DNA of 45,446 bases from an uncultured Sphingomonas sp. (GCA_965653215.1 CBFGZJ010000001.1:1-45446), one strand, 5' to 3'; counted from the first letter of the stretch, positions 9,467 through 21,207 are shown. The notes: a model not told the origin generated them from the sequence alone. Made by a program: numbers and translations.

Positions 9467-9712
9467 TCAGGCGCCGGGCGGGCCTCCGCGACCCGGCATG
9501 AAGCGATAGGTTATGCGCCCCTTGGTCAGGTCGTAAGGGGTCAGCTCGACCAGCACTTCGTCGCCTGTGAGCACGCGGATACGATTCTTGCGCATTTTGC
9601 CGGCCGTATGGCCGAGGATTTCATGGCCGTTTTCGAGCTCGACGCGGAACATTGCATTGGGCAGCAGCTCGACGACCCGGCCCCGCATCTCCAGAAGTTC
9701 TTCCTTGGCCAT
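9467..9712 (-). CDS. infA: Translation initiation factor IF-1
   Basis: MAKEELLE...[14 protein letters not shown]...[13 protein letters not shown]. Confidence 0.98.
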   Translation of the reverse strand: MAKEELLEMRGRVVELLPNAMFRVELENGHEILGHTAGKMRKNRIRVLTGDEVLVELTPYDLTKGRITYRFMPGRGGPPGA

Positions 9713-9811
9713 TCACATCCTTGCAGCGACAGTTGCGCGGCGCCGCTTAAACGCTCGACCAACAAAAGGAAAGCAGCGTGCGAGCCCTGTTCAAATTCAA
9801 TGGTCGAGTCC

Positions 9812-9835
9812 CGAGCGGAGTCTGCACTCCGCTCG
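9812..9835 (-). terminator. Stem-loop downstream of hppA (terminator or stabiliser)
   Basis: CGAGCGGAGT-ctgc-ACTCCGCTCG 10-bp stem; U-tract weak. Confidence 0.45.
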
Positions 9836-9852
9836 AGAGCCGATCGCGTTCG

Positions 9853-11994
9853 CTAAAGTCCTGCAGCAGCTCCGCCACCGGCCGCCAAGGCCGAGAGCAA
9901 AAGCAGGGCGACGATGTTGGTGATCTTGATCATCGGGTTCACGGCTGGGCCGGCGGTATCCTTGTAGGGATCGCCGACGGTATCACCGGTTACGGCTGCC
10001 TTATGGGCTTCCGAGCCTTTGCCGCCATAATTGCCGTCCTCGATATATTTCTTGGCATTGTCCCATGCGCCGCCGCCCGACGTCATCGAGATCGCGACGA
10101 ACAGGCCGGACACGATGACACCGAGGAGCAATGCACCCAACGCCGCGAGCCCCTGAGCCCGGTCCCCGGCAACGAACGAGATGCCGAAGAATACGACGAT
10201 CGGAGCCAGCACCGGCAAAAGCGAGGGCAGGATCATCTCGCGGATGGCGGCGCGAGTGACCAGGTCGACCGTGCGTGCATAGTCAGGACGGCTTGATCCA
10301 TCCATGATGCCAGGGTTGTTCCGGAACTGCTCACGAACTTCCTCGACCACCGCGCCGCCAGCGCGGCCGACAGCAGTCATCCCCATCGCTCCGAACAGAT
10401 AGGGGAGCAGGGCGCCGAGCAGCAGGCCGACGATGACGTAAGGGTTGGACAGGCTGAATAGGGCGTCAAGGTCGGTGTTGACACCGATCTCGGAGCCGAA
10501 CTCCCGCAGGTCCGCGGTGTACGCGCCGAACAGAACCAAAGCCGCCAGGCCGGCCGAGCCGATCGCGTAGCCCTTGGTCACTGCCTTGGTCGTGTTGCCC
10601 ACGGCGTCGAGGGCGTCGGTGCGGGTGCGCACCTCATCCTCCAGGCCCGACATCTCGGCGATGCCGCCGGCATTGTCGGTAACCGGCCCGTAAGCATCGA
10701 GAGCAACCACCATCCCGGCCAGCGCCAGCATCGCCGAGGCGGCGAAGGCAACGCCAAGCGCGCCCGCCAGCTGGTAGCTGACGATCACGCCGGCGACGAT
10801 CACCAGCGTCGGTAGGGCGGTGGATTCAAGGCTGATCGCCAGGCCCTGGATGACGTTGGTGCCGTGGCCGGTTTGGGACGCCTTCGCGATTGACTTGACT
10901 GGCCGGTAGTTGGTGCCGGTGTAATATTCCGTGATCCACACGATGAGACCGGTCACGGCCAGGCCGACGAGGCTGGTCCAGATCAGGTTGATCGCCGGAA
11001 AGGACAGCCCTTCAGCAGTGGTGATGCGCTGGTCGAGGTCGCCCCCGAACACCCACCAGGTGCCGGCGACGATTGCGAGGCCGCCAAGGATCGTTGCCGT
11101 CCAGAAGCCCTTGTAGAGAGCGCCCATGATCGACTGCTTGCGGCCAAGCTTCACCATGTATGTGCCGATAATCGAGGTTATGATGCACACGCCGCCAATC
11201 AGCAGCGGAAGCGCCATCAACGTCGGGAGCAGCGGCGAGCCCTTCATAAACAGGGCGACGCTGACCATCGTAATGCCGACCGTAACGACATAGGTCTCGA
11301 ACAGGTCGGCTGCCATTCCGGCGCAATCGCCGACATTGTCGCCGACGTTGTCCGCGATGACCGCCGGGTTGCGGGGGTCGTCCTCAGGAATGCCCGCTTC
11401 CACCTTGCCGACCAGATCGGCGCCGACGTCAGCCGCCTTGGTGAAGATGCCGCCACCAAGACGCGCAAAGATGGAGACGAGCGAGGCGCCAAGCGCGAGC
11501 GCCGTCAAGGCGGTCACCACGACGCGGTCGTCCGGCGCGTATCCGGCAGGGCCGGTCAGGTACCAGAACACTCCCGAGATCGCGAGCAGCGCCAGTCCGG
11601 CGACCAGCAAGCCAGTCACCGCGCCGGCGCGGAACGCGACCGTGAGGCCGCGCTGAAGCCCGCTCCGAGCCGCTTCGGCCGTGCGGACGTTCGCCCGGAC
11701 CGAGATGTTCATGCCGATGAAGCCGGCCGCTCCCGACAGGATCGCACCGATCAGAAACCCGACTGCGGAGATGCCGCCAAGGAAGATGAACACGATCACC
11801 GCAACGACGATCCCGACGATCGAAATCGTCGTGTACTGGCGCCGCAGATAGGCGGACGCGCCTTCCTGGATCGCGCTGGCAACTTCGATCATGCGTTGGT
11901 TACCAGGCGAAGCGCGAAGCACCTGCTGGCTGGTGACGATGCCGTAGAGCAGCGCAATGACGCCGCAAACCATGGCGATCAGAACGACAGTCAT
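9853..11994 (-). CDS. hppA: Membrane-bound H+-translocating pyrophosphatase, K+-independent type
   Basis: [34 protein letters not shown]. Lys in GNTTKA is the K+-independence signature. Confidence 0.95.
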   Translation of the reverse strand: MTVVLIAMVCGVIALLYGIVTSQQVLRASPGNQRMIEVASAIQEGASAYLRRQYTTISIVGIVVAVIVFIFLGGISAVGFLIGAILSGAAGFIGMNISVRANVRTAEAARSGLQRGLTVAFRAGAVTGLLVAGLALLAISGVFWYLTGPAGYAPDDRVVVTALTALALGASLVSIFARLGGGIFTKAADVGADLVGKVEAGIPEDDPRNPAVIADNVGDNVGDCAGMAADLFETYVVTVGITMVSVALFMKGSPLLPTLMALPLLIGGVCIITSIIGTYMVKLGRKQSIMGALYKGFWTATILGGLAIVAGTWWVFGGDLDQRITTAEGLSFPAINLIWTSLVGLAVTGLIVWITEYYTGTNYRPVKSIAKASQTGHGTNVIQGLAISLESTALPTLVIVAGVIVSYQLAGALGVAFAASAMLALAGMVVALDAYGPVTDNAGGIAEMSGLEDEVRTRTDALDAVGNTTKAVTKGYAIGSAGLAALVLFGAYTADLREFGSEIGVNTDLDALFSLSNPYVIVGLLLGALLPYLFGAMGMTAVGRAGGAVVEEVREQFRNNPGIMDGSSRPDYARTVDLVTRAAIREMILPSLLPVLAPIVVFFGISFVAGDRAQGLAALGALLLGVIVSGLFVAISMTSGGGAWDNAKKYIEDGNYGGKGSEAHKAAVTGDTVGDPYKDTAGPAVNPMIKITNIVALLLLSALAAGGGAAAGL

Positions 11995-12053
11995 AATGAG
12001 ACTTCCCCCCTTTTAGCGGATCGGCTGCCGCAGCCGTCCCCAGTTGGCGCAGA

Positions 12054-12082
12054 GTTCTAGGAGGGCGTTAAACGCCTGTCCA
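12054..12082 (-). promoter_or_regulatory. Candidate sigma70 promoter of hppA
   Basis: TGGACA-17 nt-TAGAAC upstream of a G-rich RBS. Confidence 0.45.
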
Positions 12083-12167
12083 GCCGATTGGGGTTCAGCT
12101 TAGGTGAAGGAGAAGAGCGCTGGCCATTCCGGACGCAAAGCCGGCAAGCGCGATCAGAGTTCGGCGG

Positions 12168-13100
12168 CTAATCAGGACGATGGACATGACCCAAACGCTC
12201 CGGAAGAGGGATCGGGCGTCCCTCGTCGAACAGCGAAGGGGAGGCGCCGGGGACGAGGGACCCGATCGCTGTCATGCTGCACCCCGAAGGTAAATGAAGC
12301 GTAAACGGATCAATGTTGGGGGGAAGGGCCGCGAGCAGAGCATAATCGTCGCCGCCAGTGGCAGCGAACATGCGTCCTTCCAGCCCGCCTCCGACAATCG
12401 CAATGAAGTCGCGGGAGAGCGGCAGCGCCTCCAGGTTGATCTCAGCTCCGCATCTGCTGGCTGAGCACAACCGCTGACAGTCGAGCAGCAGTCCGTCCGA
12501 GACGTCCATCATCGCTGTCGCCATGGGTGCGAGCGCCAGTCCAGCAGCCAGCTGCGGAACCGGCCGGCGGTAGGTCTCAACCAGCAGGCCGGACGCCTTC
12601 GGATCGTCAAGCAAGAGCTTCAATCCCGCGGCCGCATCACCGACGATGCCGACCAGCCAGAGCCGGTCGCCCGGCCGCCCTCCGGCGCGCGACGGAGTGC
12701 AAGACGAAGCAGAGCCGACCGCGGTCAGGCCCAAAACGCGAGGAGCGTCGTTCGGAAGAGCGATCGTGTCGCCTCCGATCAGCGGCAGGCAATAGCTTGA
12801 GCAGCAGGCCTCGACGCCGTCCAGGAACCGCTCTTCCCACGCTTCATCGCCGTTAAGCGCAAGGGAGAGCAGTGCACCTCTGGGAGTGGCTCCCTTGGCA
12901 GCGAGATCCGACAGATTCACAGCGACCAGCTTCCAGCCGACGCTCTCCGGCGGATCGAACGGAAAATAGTGAATGCCTTCTGCGATGCTGTCGTGAGTCA
13001 GGACGAGACCGTCGAGCACCGCCGCGTCGTCAAGCAGGCCGCGGGCGGCCGGATCGTTGGTCATTCGCCGCAGCCGCTCGTGCGCGCTGCGCTCATCCAT
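12168..13100 (-). CDS. thiL: Thiamine-monophosphate kinase
   Basis: DDAA, VNLSDLAAKGA, IGGDT, DVSDGL, GGDDYAL. ATG 13100 overlaps the nusB stop. Confidence 0.93.
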   Translation of the reverse strand: MDERSAHERLRRMTNDPAARGLLDDAAVLDGLVLTHDSIAEGIHYFPFDPPESVGWKLVAVNLSDLAAKGATPRGALLSLALNGDEAWEERFLDGVEACCSSYCLPLIGGDTIALPNDAPRVLGLTAVGSASSCTPSRAGGRPGDRLWLVGIVGDAAAGLKLLLDDPKASGLLVETYRRPVPQLAAGLALAPMATAMMDVSDGLLLDCQRLCSASRCGAEINLEALPLSRDFIAIVGGGLEGRMFAATGGDDYALLAALPPNIDPFTLHLPSGCSMTAIGSLVPGASPSLFDEGRPIPLPERLGHVHRPD

Positions 13101-13552
13101 CAGGAGCGAACCGCCTTGGCAATAGCATCGAGCAGCCCGTTCACGAACGCGGACTCTCGCTTGTCGAAGAAGGCGTGGGATACGTCGACATATTCGCTGA
13201 TGACGGTGGCGGTCGGCACGTCCTTGCGCGCCAGTAGCTCGTAGGTGCCGGCCCGCAGGATCGCTCGCATTGGCCGGTCGATCCGCTCGAGCGTCCACCC
13301 CGCCGCGAGGCGGCCACGGATTAACTCGTCGATTTCGGCTTTGCGTGCGTCCGTACCGATCACCACATCGTCGAAGAAATCTACCTCGGCTTCCGCGTAG
13401 GTCGCGTCCTCAATGGTAGCGCCGAGCCGGTGCTCGTGGAATTCGTGCAGCAGCCGGGCCACGGGAGTGGCCTCCATCTCCAGCTGGTAGAGGGCCTGGA
13501 CGGCGGCAAGGCGCGCGGCGCTGCGCGATCGGGAACGAGCGGTGGCAACCAT
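13100..13552 (-). CDS. nusB: Transcription antitermination factor NusB
   Basis: RSAARLAAVQALYQ, ILRAGTYEL, FVNGLLD. Confidence 0.96.
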   Translation of the reverse strand: MVATARSRSRSAARLAAVQALYQLEMEATPVARLLHEFHEHRLGATIEDATYAEAEVDFFDDVVIGTDARKAEIDELIRGRLAAGWTLERIDRPMRAILRAGTYELLARKDVPTATVISEYVDVSHAFFDKRESAFVNGLLDAIAKAVRS

Positions 13553-13579
13553 TCGCCGCGCCTTAGCGGGCTCTCACGC

Positions 13580-14479
13580 TCATGGATAGCTGACCGTCAT
13601 GGGAACTTCGGGAAGGGGGATGAATTCGCTCTGGTCGTCAGGTGGCAACGCGAACTCACCCGCTTTCCACGCGCGTTTCGCTTCCTGGATACGATCGCGG
13701 CTCGACGAAACGAAATTCCACCAGACGTGCCGTTCGCCGTCCATCGGCGCGCCGCCACACAGCATCAGCCGCGCGCCCGAGGCGGAGCGGACCACCGGGC
13801 GATGACCTGGGGCGAGCAGGACAAGATGCTGCAGTGGCAGTGGCTGTCCGTCGACGGTAGCATCGCCCTCCAGCAGATAGAGAGCCCGCTCGTCCGCCTC
13901 GCGATCGATCTCGATCGATCCCGTCGGAGCCAGGACGAGCGCGGCATAAAGTGTTGGAGAATGACAGGTCACCGGGGAGCGGGCGCCGAATGCTTCACCC
14001 ATGATCAGCCGGAGCTCCACGCCGTCCCCCTCGACCCGCGGTAATTGAGCGGCAGTCACATGCTCGAATGCGGGGGCGAGCTCTTCCTTGGCTTGGGGAA
14101 GCGCAAGCCAGGTCTGAATTCCATCGAGCACCGCGCCGTTCGCGCGCTCATCGGCCGGTGAGCGCTCGGAATGGCTAATCCCGCGCCCGGCGGTCATCAG
14201 ATTGACCGCACCAGGCTCGATCCGCTGCACCGTTCCCAAGCTGTCGCGATGGTCGATCGCTCCTTCAAACAGGAAGGTCACGGTCGCGAGGTTGATATGG
14301 GGGTGTGGGCGGACATCGATCCCCTCTCCGCGACCGAGCCGGGCCGGGCCCATCTGATCGAAGAAGATGAACGGGCCGACCATGGTCCGCTGCTTGTGCG
14401 GTAGCGTGCGGTGGACCTTGAACCCGCCGAGGTCGTGAGTGACGGGCGCGAGGGTTTGGAGGACTGGACCGGAGCTCAC
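13580..14479 (-). CDS. Pirin family protein
   Basis: VGPFIFFDQMGP, HPHINLATVT, MTAGRGISHSE, WWNFV. Confidence 0.93.
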   Translation of the reverse strand: MSSGPVLQTLAPVTHDLGGFKVHRTLPHKQRTMVGPFIFFDQMGPARLGRGEGIDVRPHPHINLATVTFLFEGAIDHRDSLGTVQRIEPGAVNLMTAGRGISHSERSPADERANGAVLDGIQTWLALPQAKEELAPAFEHVTAAQLPRVEGDGVELRLIMGEAFGARSPVTCHSPTLYAALVLAPTGSIEIDREADERALYLLEGDATVDGQPLPLQHLVLLAPGHRPVVRSASGARLMLCGGAPMDGERHVWWNFVSSSRDRIQEAKRAWKAGEFALPPDDQSEFIPLPEVPMTVSYP

Positions 14480-14763
14480 TGAGTCTCCCCCGGAGCAATC
14501 GTCTTGATCGACAGCGCATGGATGCGCTGCATCAAATCGCCCAGCGCCGCATACACCATCCTCTGCCGCGCAACGCGCGATTGGCCGATGAAGGCTGCGC
14601 TGGCGATGGACAGGGAGAAATGCGACTCTCCTGAACCATCATGGCCGGCATGACCGCGATGCTGATCGCTGTCGTTGCGCAGCGATAAGCTGGTCGGATC
14701 AAGCGCTGCTTCGAGGCGTCGTCGGATTTCGGCCGTCACCGGCCCGGTACAAGGATCAGCCAT
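14476..14763 (-). CDS. bolA: BolA family protein
   Basis: HRGHAG...ESHF, SRVARQRMVY, IHALSI. Confidence 0.92.
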   Translation of the reverse strand: MADPCTGPVTAEIRRRLEAALDPTSLSLRNDSDQHRGHAGHDGSGESHFSLSIASAAFIGQSRVARQRMVYAALGDLMQRIHALSIKTIAPGETQ

Positions 14764-14797
14764 GGCGATTATATAGAAGCGTTGGAGCGAAGAGGAA

Positions 14798-15394
14798 GTG
14801 ACAGCGGTGAAGTCAGGACGGATGCATGGACGGGTGGAAGGGGCGGCTGAACGTTGCGCGATGCCCGGCTGCCGCCAGCCGGGCGAGTTCCGAGCGCCGC
14901 TGACTGCCGCCGATTTCGATGGACCCGGAACCTGGCGCTGGCTGTGCCTTGATCATGTTCGGGCGCACAACGCCCGCTACAATTATTTCGACGGAATGAG
15001 CGCGCAGGAGATTTCTGACGCGCAAAGTCCCTATGGCGGATGGGACCGCGCGGCGCGGGTCTTCGCCACCGGCGGTGCCGATCCCGCACCCGCATGGAGC
15101 GACTTTACCGATCCGCTCGATGCAATCGCAATGCGGTTCCGCAATCGCGCTGGACGGTTCGGATCAGACTCCTCAGACACTTTATCGTCGCGATTTTCGG
15201 GCCGGGAGCGGCATGCGCTCAGCGTGCTCGGGCTCGGCGATGGAGCCGATCTCCGATCGCTTCGGAAGCGCTATTCAGAGCTGGTGCGAAGGTATCATCC
15301 CGACCGCAATGGCGGTGACCGGAGCCATGAGAAGCGGCTGGGCGATGTCATTGCCGCCTACCAGCTGCTCAAGGGTTCGCCAGCCTTTCAGTAG
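14798..15394 (+). CDS. J-domain (DnaJ-like) protein with N-terminal Cys-containing domain
   Basis: C-terminal J domain with HPD; N-terminal CxxPGC...CLDHVR; divergent from bolA. Alternative start ATG 14822. Confidence 0.88.
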   Translation: MTAVKSGRMHGRVEGAAERCAMPGCRQPGEFRAPLTAADFDGPGTWRWLCLDHVRAHNARYNYFDGMSAQEISDAQSPYGGWDRAARVFATGGADPAPAWSDFTDPLDAIAMRFRNRAGRFGSDSSDTLSSRFSGRERHALSVLGLGDGADLRSLRKRYSELVRRYHPDRNGGDRSHEKRLGDVIAAYQLLKGSPAFQ

Positions 15395-15400
15395 GAGCCG

Positions 15401-17104
15401 TCACTCCGCGTCGACATAGCCTACGCGCGAGATGAAATCGCCGAGGTACTCAGCCGGCTTCCGTTCCGCCTTGTAGCGATCAAACAGATGGCTGAGCTCC
15501 TGCAGGATTGCAGCTTCGCCGATGTTGGCCCGGTGCAGCCGGTTCAGCCGCTCGCCGTGGAAGCCGCCGCCGAGGTAGAGATTATACTTGCCCGGAGCCC
15601 TGCCGGTGAAGCCAATCTCCGCCACGTAGGGACGGGCGCAACCATTCGGACAACCGGTCATGCGCATGGTCATCGGCTGATCCAGCAGGCCGCGTTCCTC
15701 GAGCAGCCCTTCAACCTTGGTGATCAGGTCCGGCAGATAGCGCTCGGCTTCTGCCATCGCGAGCGGGCAGGTCGGAAGAGCGACGCAGGAGAAGGCGATC
15801 GTCCGCAGCGGACTAAGGCCGCTGGCGTCGCCAATTCCATGCTGATCAAGGATGGCGTCGATCTTGCTGCGGTCGCCGTCCGCCACGCCGGCGATGATGA
15901 TGTTCTGGCTCGGAGTGATCCGGAAATGCCCCGGATGGGCCTCAGCGAGCGCCTTCATGCCATCGAGGATTGCCCGGCCGGGGAGGTTCGACACACGCCC
16001 ATTCTCGACGAACAGCGTGTAGTTCCAGCTGCCGTCCTCCACCTGTCTCCAGCCGAACAGATCATGATTTTCAGTGAAGCTGTAGGGCTGGGCCGGCTGC
16101 AGCGGCTTACCCAGGCGGCGCTCGATCTCGCCGACAATGAACTCCAGGCCCTTGTCGTCGATGGTATATTTGAACCGCGCCCGCTTGCGCTCCAGCCGGT
16201 TACCGAAGTCCCGTTGGGTTCCCATGACGGCATCCGCGGATGCGATGAGGTCCGCCTTGTCGATATATCCGATCACGTCGCCAAGGCGGGGATAGGTGTC
16301 CGGCTCGTTGTCGGTGCGGCCCATCCCGCCGCCGATGGTGAGGTTGAACCCCTTGAGCTCTCCGTCATCGACCACCGCGATATAGCCGAGATCCTGAGTA
16401 TAGATGTCGATGTCGTTGTGTGGCGGGATCGCGAAGCCGATCTTGAACTTCCGCGGCATATATTGCTTGCCGTAGAAGGGTTCTTCGTTGTCGGTGGTCG
16501 CCACCCGGTCCTCGCCATACCAGATCTCGGCGTAAGCATGGGTCTTGGGGATGACGTGATCGGACAGCTGCTTGGATAGCTCCGCGACTTCGGCGTGCAC
16601 CTTTCCGTCCGTGGGGTTGGCCGTTGCCATGACGGTACGCGCGTCATCGCCGCAGGCAGCGATGGTGTCGATCAGCACATTGTGCAGCGCCTGAACCGTC
16701 GCGCGAATGTCGTTCTTCACGATCCAGTGGAACTGGAACGTCTGGCGCGTGGTCAAGCGAACCGTCTCGCGGCCGTACTGGCGTGCGAGGTCATCGATCA
16801 CTAGCCATTGCTCAGAAGTGCACACGCCGCCGGGCAGCCGTAGCCGGACCATGAAAGTGAAGTCCGGTTCGAGCTTGCGCCGGCGCCGGTCTTCGCGAGT
16901 GTCGCGATTATCCTGCTGATACATGCCGTGAAATTTCATGAGCTTGTTGTCATGGAAGGGCACGGCGTCGGTAATGCGATCAAGCAGCGACGTGTTGATC
17001 GTTCCGCGCAGATAATCGCTTTCGAGCTTCAGCTTCTCGTCAGGACCGAGTTTGTCGACTGGCTGCGACAGGTCCTTGCTGCGGTCGATCGGCTTGTTCA
17101 TCAT
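15401..17104 (-). CDS. cysI: NADPH-dependent assimilatory sulfite reductase, hemoprotein subunit
   Basis: KFHGMYQQD, RLTTRQTFQFH, PRKFK, CVALPTC and GCPNGC siroheme/4Fe-4S ligands. Confidence 0.96.
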   Translation of the reverse strand: MMNKPIDRSKDLSQPVDKLGPDEKLKLESDYLRGTINTSLLDRITDAVPFHDNKLMKFHGMYQQDNRDTREDRRRRKLEPDFTFMVRLRLPGGVCTSEQWLVIDDLARQYGRETVRLTTRQTFQFHWIVKNDIRATVQALHNVLIDTIAACGDDARTVMATANPTDGKVHAEVAELSKQLSDHVIPKTHAYAEIWYGEDRVATTDNEEPFYGKQYMPRKFKIGFAIPPHNDIDIYTQDLGYIAVVDDGELKGFNLTIGGGMGRTDNEPDTYPRLGDVIGYIDKADLIASADAVMGTQRDFGNRLERKRARFKYTIDDKGLEFIVGEIERRLGKPLQPAQPYSFTENHDLFGWRQVEDGSWNYTLFVENGRVSNLPGRAILDGMKALAEAHPGHFRITPSQNIIIAGVADGDRSKIDAILDQHGIGDASGLSPLRTIAFSCVALPTCPLAMAEAERYLPDLITKVEGLLEERGLLDQPMTMRMTGCPNGCARPYVAEIGFTGRAPGKYNLYLGGGFHGERLNRLHRANIGEAAILQELSHLFDRYKAERKPAEYLGDFISRVGYVDAE

Positions 17105-17114
17105 GGAATTCCGT

Positions 17115-18911
17115 TCAATACACGTCGCGCAGATAGCGCTTGTCGCGACGCAGCTGCTTTACTTCGTTGACGGCGGCATCGCGCTCGAGATTGCCTCCGG
17201 TCATATAGACCTGGATCAACGCCTCTTCGACATCCCCGGCCATCGAGGTTGCATCGCCACAGACGTAGAAGGTCGCGCCTTCCTGCAGCCAGGCATAAAG
17301 CTCGGGCGCGCGTTCGGTCATTCGGTGCTGCACATAGACCCGCTCACGCTGATCACGCGAGAACGCCACGTCCATGCGGGTCAGGGTTCCTTCCTCCAGC
17401 CACTGCTGCCATTCGAGCTGGTAAAGGAAGTCATGCTTGAAGTTGCGCTCGCCAAAGAACAGCCAGGCCTTGCCGCCCGAGCCGCGCGCTTCGCGCTCCT
17501 GCAGGAAGGCCCGATAGGGGGCAACTCCAGTGCCCGGACCGACCATGATGATCGGGGTGTCGTCACTCGGCACATGGAAGTGGGCAGCAGGCTGCACATA
17601 GGCCGGGAACGTGTCGCCCGGTTCCGCCCGGTCAACCAGGTGGACGGACCCAACGCCGGCGCGAGGTTCCCCATGGAGCTCGTAGCGGATTGGCGCGACC
17701 GTGAGATGGGCCTCGTCACCAACCAGCGAACGGCTTGAAGCTAGGGAGTAGAGCCGTGGCTGCATCGGCCGAAGCGTCTCGAGGAACTTCTGCGCCGAGA
17801 TTCCCGTCACTGGGAAGCGGCGGATGATGTCGACGATGTGATTGTTGTAAAGCCACTCGCTGCGTTCTGTGCGCTTGTCCTTGCCGAGCAACGCCTTGAG
17901 GTCCGCTGCATCGGACAGTTCTGCCCATGCCTCGAGGAAACGCGGGGTCGATACGGTGATTTCGAACCGCGATTCCAATGCATCCGCAAGGTTGAACTTA
18001 TGTTGCTCGACATTGACGGTTTCGCCGGCGGAAAGCCCTGTCGCGGCAATCACGGCATCGACGGATTGAAGTGAGTTCTTGGCGAAAATCCCGAGCGAAT
18101 CGCCTGGCACATAAGTGAGCCCGGAGCCGGCGAGATCGACTTCGATGTGCCGCGTGTCCTTGCTCGATTCCGGACTGACCAGGGGGATGTTGGCAAGCAA
18201 GGTCGCGTTGAACGGGTTGGCCTTGTCATGCAGCGGAGCGGCCGGCTCATGCGCGACAATTGGCATGGCTGGAACCGTTGAGGTGACAGCGGGTGCGGCG
18301 AACAGGGCGGTCATCGCCTCCCGCCAGGCCTTCGCAGCGGCCTCGAAATCGACGTCGCAATCGACCCGATCCGCGACCCGGGTGGCGCCGAGTTCCGCTA
18401 GCCGGGCATCGACCTTTTTGCCGGCTTCACAGAAAAATTCGTAGGTCGTGTCACCGAGCGCGAGGACAGCGTAGCGAACGTTGGGCAGCTTCGGCGCGCG
18501 CGGCCCCTCAAGGAATTCGAAGAATTCGAACGCGCCCTGCGCCGGCTCCCCTTCGCCATGAGTGGCGATGACGAGCAGCAGATCCTCTTCGTCCTTGAGG
18601 GTGCGGACCTTGTAATGGTCTGCGCTGAGTACATTGGGGGTGCGGGCGGAGAGTTCCGAAGCCAACGCGTTGGCTACTGATGCGCAATTTCCGGTTTCGC
18701 CGGCATGCAGAATGGTCAGCTTGCGGCCCGATGCAGTCGCGGGCGCTTGACTCAGCGGCAGGGAGTTTCCGTCGCGCAGCGCCGCTCCGACACCGGCGAA
18801 GTAGCCGCTGATCCACGCCGCCTGTTCGGCGTTCAGGCCTTGTCCGAGCGCGGTGATTTGGCTGGCCTGAGCCTCGCTCAGCAGGCCTTCTCCGATCATT
18901 TGCATCGTCAT
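17115..18911 (-). CDS. cysJ: Sulfite reductase flavoprotein subunit
   Basis: AWISGY N-terminus, flavodoxin domain ([17 protein letters not shown]), [26 protein letters not shown]. Confidence 0.95.
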   Translation of the reverse strand: MTMQMIGEGLLSEAQASQITALGQGLNAEQAAWISGYFAGVGAALRDGNSLPLSQAPATASGRKLTILHAGETGNCASVANALASELSARTPNVLSADHYKVRTLKDEEDLLLVIATHGEGEPAQGAFEFFEFLEGPRAPKLPNVRYAVLALGDTTYEFFCEAGKKVDARLAELGATRVADRVDCDVDFEAAAKAWREAMTALFAAPAVTSTVPAMPIVAHEPAAPLHDKANPFNATLLANIPLVSPESSKDTRHIEVDLAGSGLTYVPGDSLGIFAKNSLQSVDAVIAATGLSAGETVNVEQHKFNLADALESRFEITVSTPRFLEAWAELSDAADLKALLGKDKRTERSEWLYNNHIVDIIRRFPVTGISAQKFLETLRPMQPRLYSLASSRSLVGDEAHLTVAPIRYELHGEPRAGVGSVHLVDRAEPGDTFPAYVQPAAHFHVPSDDTPIIMVGPGTGVAPYRAFLQEREARGSGGKAWLFFGERNFKHDFLYQLEWQQWLEEGTLTRMDVAFSRDQRERVYVQHRMTERAPELYAWLQEGATFYVCGDATSMAGDVEEALIQVYMTGGNLERDAAVNEVKQLRRDKRYLRDVY

Positions 18912-20377
18912 TCGACATTATCCCCGTGTGCGGGCGCGCCATCGACTGTCGCGAGCAATTTGCCAACCCCTGCTTGCCCCACGACCTCGCCGATCAGCAC
19001 CAGCGTCGGCGCGTCTGCAGGCAGCATCGGCACGCGATCGGGAAGCTCGCTGACGGTCGAGATCAGGCGCTGCTCTTCCGGCAGTGTTGCGGACGCGACT
19101 GCTACTGCCGGTGTCGCGGGGTCGAGCCCCGCCGCCAGCGCCCGCTCGACAAATGGGCCCAGCGTCCGCCTCGGCATGTAGATGACGGTGGTGACACTCC
19201 GATCGGCGACGGCCGGCCAATGGATGTCGGAAGGAAGCTTGCCGTCGCTACCGTGGCCGGTGAGGAACTGAACCCGCCGCGCCAAGTGCCGCTCGGTCAA
19301 GGACAGACCGAGGGAAGCGGCTGCTCCTTGCGCGGCGGAGACCCCCGGCAGGATGGTCGCGTCGATTCCCGCTTCCCGGCACGCCAAAAGTTCTTCGGCA
19401 AGCCGGCCGAAAATCAGCGGGTCGCCGCCTTTCAGGCGCACGACCGACTCTCCGGCAAGCGCAAGTTCCACCAGCAAGGCATTGACATCGCTCTGGCGGC
19501 AGGACGGTCCACCGCCCCGTTTCCCCACGCTGACCCGGCGAGCCTCGCGCCGGGCGAGGTCGAGCACCGGGGTGCTGACCAGATCATCGTGAAGAACGAC
19601 GGTCGCGGTTTGCAGTGCCTGGGCCGTCGCCAGTGTGACATTGCCAACGTCGCCCGGTCCCGAGCCGGCAAAGATGACTCGGCCATCTGCGCCCCGTTCG
19701 CTGTCGCAGTCCAGCAAGCGGTCATAGTCCTGTTCGTTCGGAGCGCGGTCCGAGTTGGCAAAGGCGTGCCTTGCGAACTCCTGCCAGAAACGCCGGCGGC
19801 GGCCGAAATCGTCGATTTCGGACTTCAGCCGCTGCCGCCACCCGCGGGCCTGCTTCGCCCAGACAGACAAGCCGGAGGGGATGAGCGCTTCGATGCGAGT
19901 CCTCAGCAGTTGACCAAGCGCTGGAGCGCCCCCGCCCGTCCCGATCCCAATCACGACCGGGGAGCGGTTGACGATGGTGCCGAAGTTGACCGTCGAGCTC
20001 GCCGGCTGATCGATGATGTTGAACGGAACTCCGGCAGCGCGGGCAGAATCTCCGAAACCGTCGTCCTGCTCGGCAATCGCAAGAGCGGCGCCCAACAGAT
20101 CCTGCGGAGTCCAGCGTCGTTCGTGAAGTTCGAGCGCTGGGTGATCGCTGATCCCAGCGAAAGTCCTCGCACCCTCCACATCCTCGCCGAAGAGCGAGAC
20201 ATGCGCTCCGGCCGCGAGCAGCAGCTCCGCTTTCCACACAGCCATCTCCGTCCGGCCGGCAACGACCACCGGCTTGCCCGTCAGCGTCATGAACAGCGGC
20301 AGGCTGTCGAGCGGCGGCATCCGAAGAGAGCTGGAAACCGGTTCCCGGCCAGCTGAGGGAGGGGTTTGGTCAGTCAC
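18908..20377 (-). CDS. cysG: Siroheme synthase
   Basis: Dehydrogenase/chelatase domain (LPLF, NIID, GGAP) plus methyltransferase domain (GPGD, RLKGGDP, PGVSA). GTG 20377 abuts the cysH stop; alternative ATG 20320. Confidence 0.92.
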   Translation of the reverse strand: MTDQTPPSAGREPVSSSLRMPPLDSLPLFMTLTGKPVVVAGRTEMAVWKAELLLAAGAHVSLFGEDVEGARTFAGISDHPALELHERRWTPQDLLGAALAIAEQDDGFGDSARAAGVPFNIIDQPASSTVNFGTIVNRSPVVIGIGTGGGAPALGQLLRTRIEALIPSGLSVWAKQARGWRQRLKSEIDDFGRRRRFWQEFARHAFANSDRAPNEQDYDRLLDCDSERGADGRVIFAGSGPGDVGNVTLATAQALQTATVVLHDDLVSTPVLDLARREARRVSVGKRGGGPSCRQSDVNALLVELALAGESVVRLKGGDPLIFGRLAEELLACREAGIDATILPGVSAAQGAAASLGLSLTERHLARRVQFLTGHGSDGKLPSDIHWPAVADRSVTTVIYMPRRTLGPFVERALAAGLDPATPAVAVASATLPEEQRLISTVSELPDRVPMLPADAPTLVLIGEVVGQAGVGKLLATVDGAPAHGDNVE

Positions 20378-20378
20378 C

Positions 20379-21167
20379 TCAGCTCTTGGCGCGAACCAGC
20401 CTGCCGTCAGCAGTGACGTGCAAACCGCATTCGCGGGACTCGTCCTGTTCCCACCACCAGCGGCCGGCACGCTCGGGCTCGCCCGGCTGGATCGCGCGGG
20501 TGCAGGGCTCACATCCTATGGACGGATATCCCTGGCTGTGCAGCGGGTTGATCGGAATTTGATGCTCGCTGCAGTAGGCGACCACATCATCGCGACTCCA
20601 ATCGGCAATCGGAGCAGCCTTCCACAAACCGCGCGCTTCATCCCAACTGATCGGCGGGACAGCCCCGCGCGCGCCGGACTGATCCGCGCGCAGTCCCGTG
20701 ATCCAGGCGGCGGCGTTATCAAGGGCGCGACCGAGCGGCTCGACCTTGCGGACGTGGCAGCAAGCATGCCTCGCCTCGACCGCGTGGTAGAAACCGTTGA
20801 TCCCCCAGTCGCCGACATAGTCTGCGACTTGCGCCGCATCCGGATAGACACCGTGGATCCGACGACCATACTTCTCTTCGGTATCCTGCCACAGCTTGTA
20901 AGTCTGCGGGAACAGGCGACCGGTATCGATCGTCACGACGTCGATCGGCAGGCCTTCGGAGAAGATCATGTGCGTGATCGCCTGGTCTTCGATTCCAAAG
21001 CTGGTGGTGAAGACCTTGCGGCCGGGAATCCGTTCGCTCAGTTCCCGCAGGCGATCGATCGCGCCAAGCTGAAAGAAGCTTGCCGGATCGATGTCCGTCA
21101 CTATTTCAGCCGTTGCCGCTCGAGCAACACCAAGGTCCGCCATCTCAAATTTCGCCTGCAAGATCAT
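20379..21167 (-). CDS. cysH: APS/PAPS reductase, 4Fe-4S (APS reductase) type
   Basis: TSFGIED, DTG, CC...CEPC cluster ligands, ERAGRW, ECGLH. Confidence 0.93.
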   Translation of the reverse strand: MILQAKFEMADLGVARAATAEIVTDIDPASFFQLGAIDRLRELSERIPGRKVFTTSFGIEDQAITHMIFSEGLPIDVVTIDTGRLFPQTYKLWQDTEEKYGRRIHGVYPDAAQVADYVGDWGINGFYHAVEARHACCHVRKVEPLGRALDNAAAWITGLRADQSGARGAVPPISWDEARGLWKAAPIADWSRDDVVAYCSEHQIPINPLHSQGYPSIGCEPCTRAIQPGEPERAGRWWWEQDESRECGLHVTADGRLVRAKS

Positions 21168-21207
21168 CGACCAGCCGCATCTCGGCGGGGAGTCGTTTAG
21201 CCGTAGA

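Noticed and set aside
18926-20356. 476-aa plus-strand ORF (also 2305-3396, 15488-16579, 22086-23183, 26369-27457)
   Set aside because: Antisense shadows of cysG, GH3, cysI, leuC and aroC with no recognisable motifs
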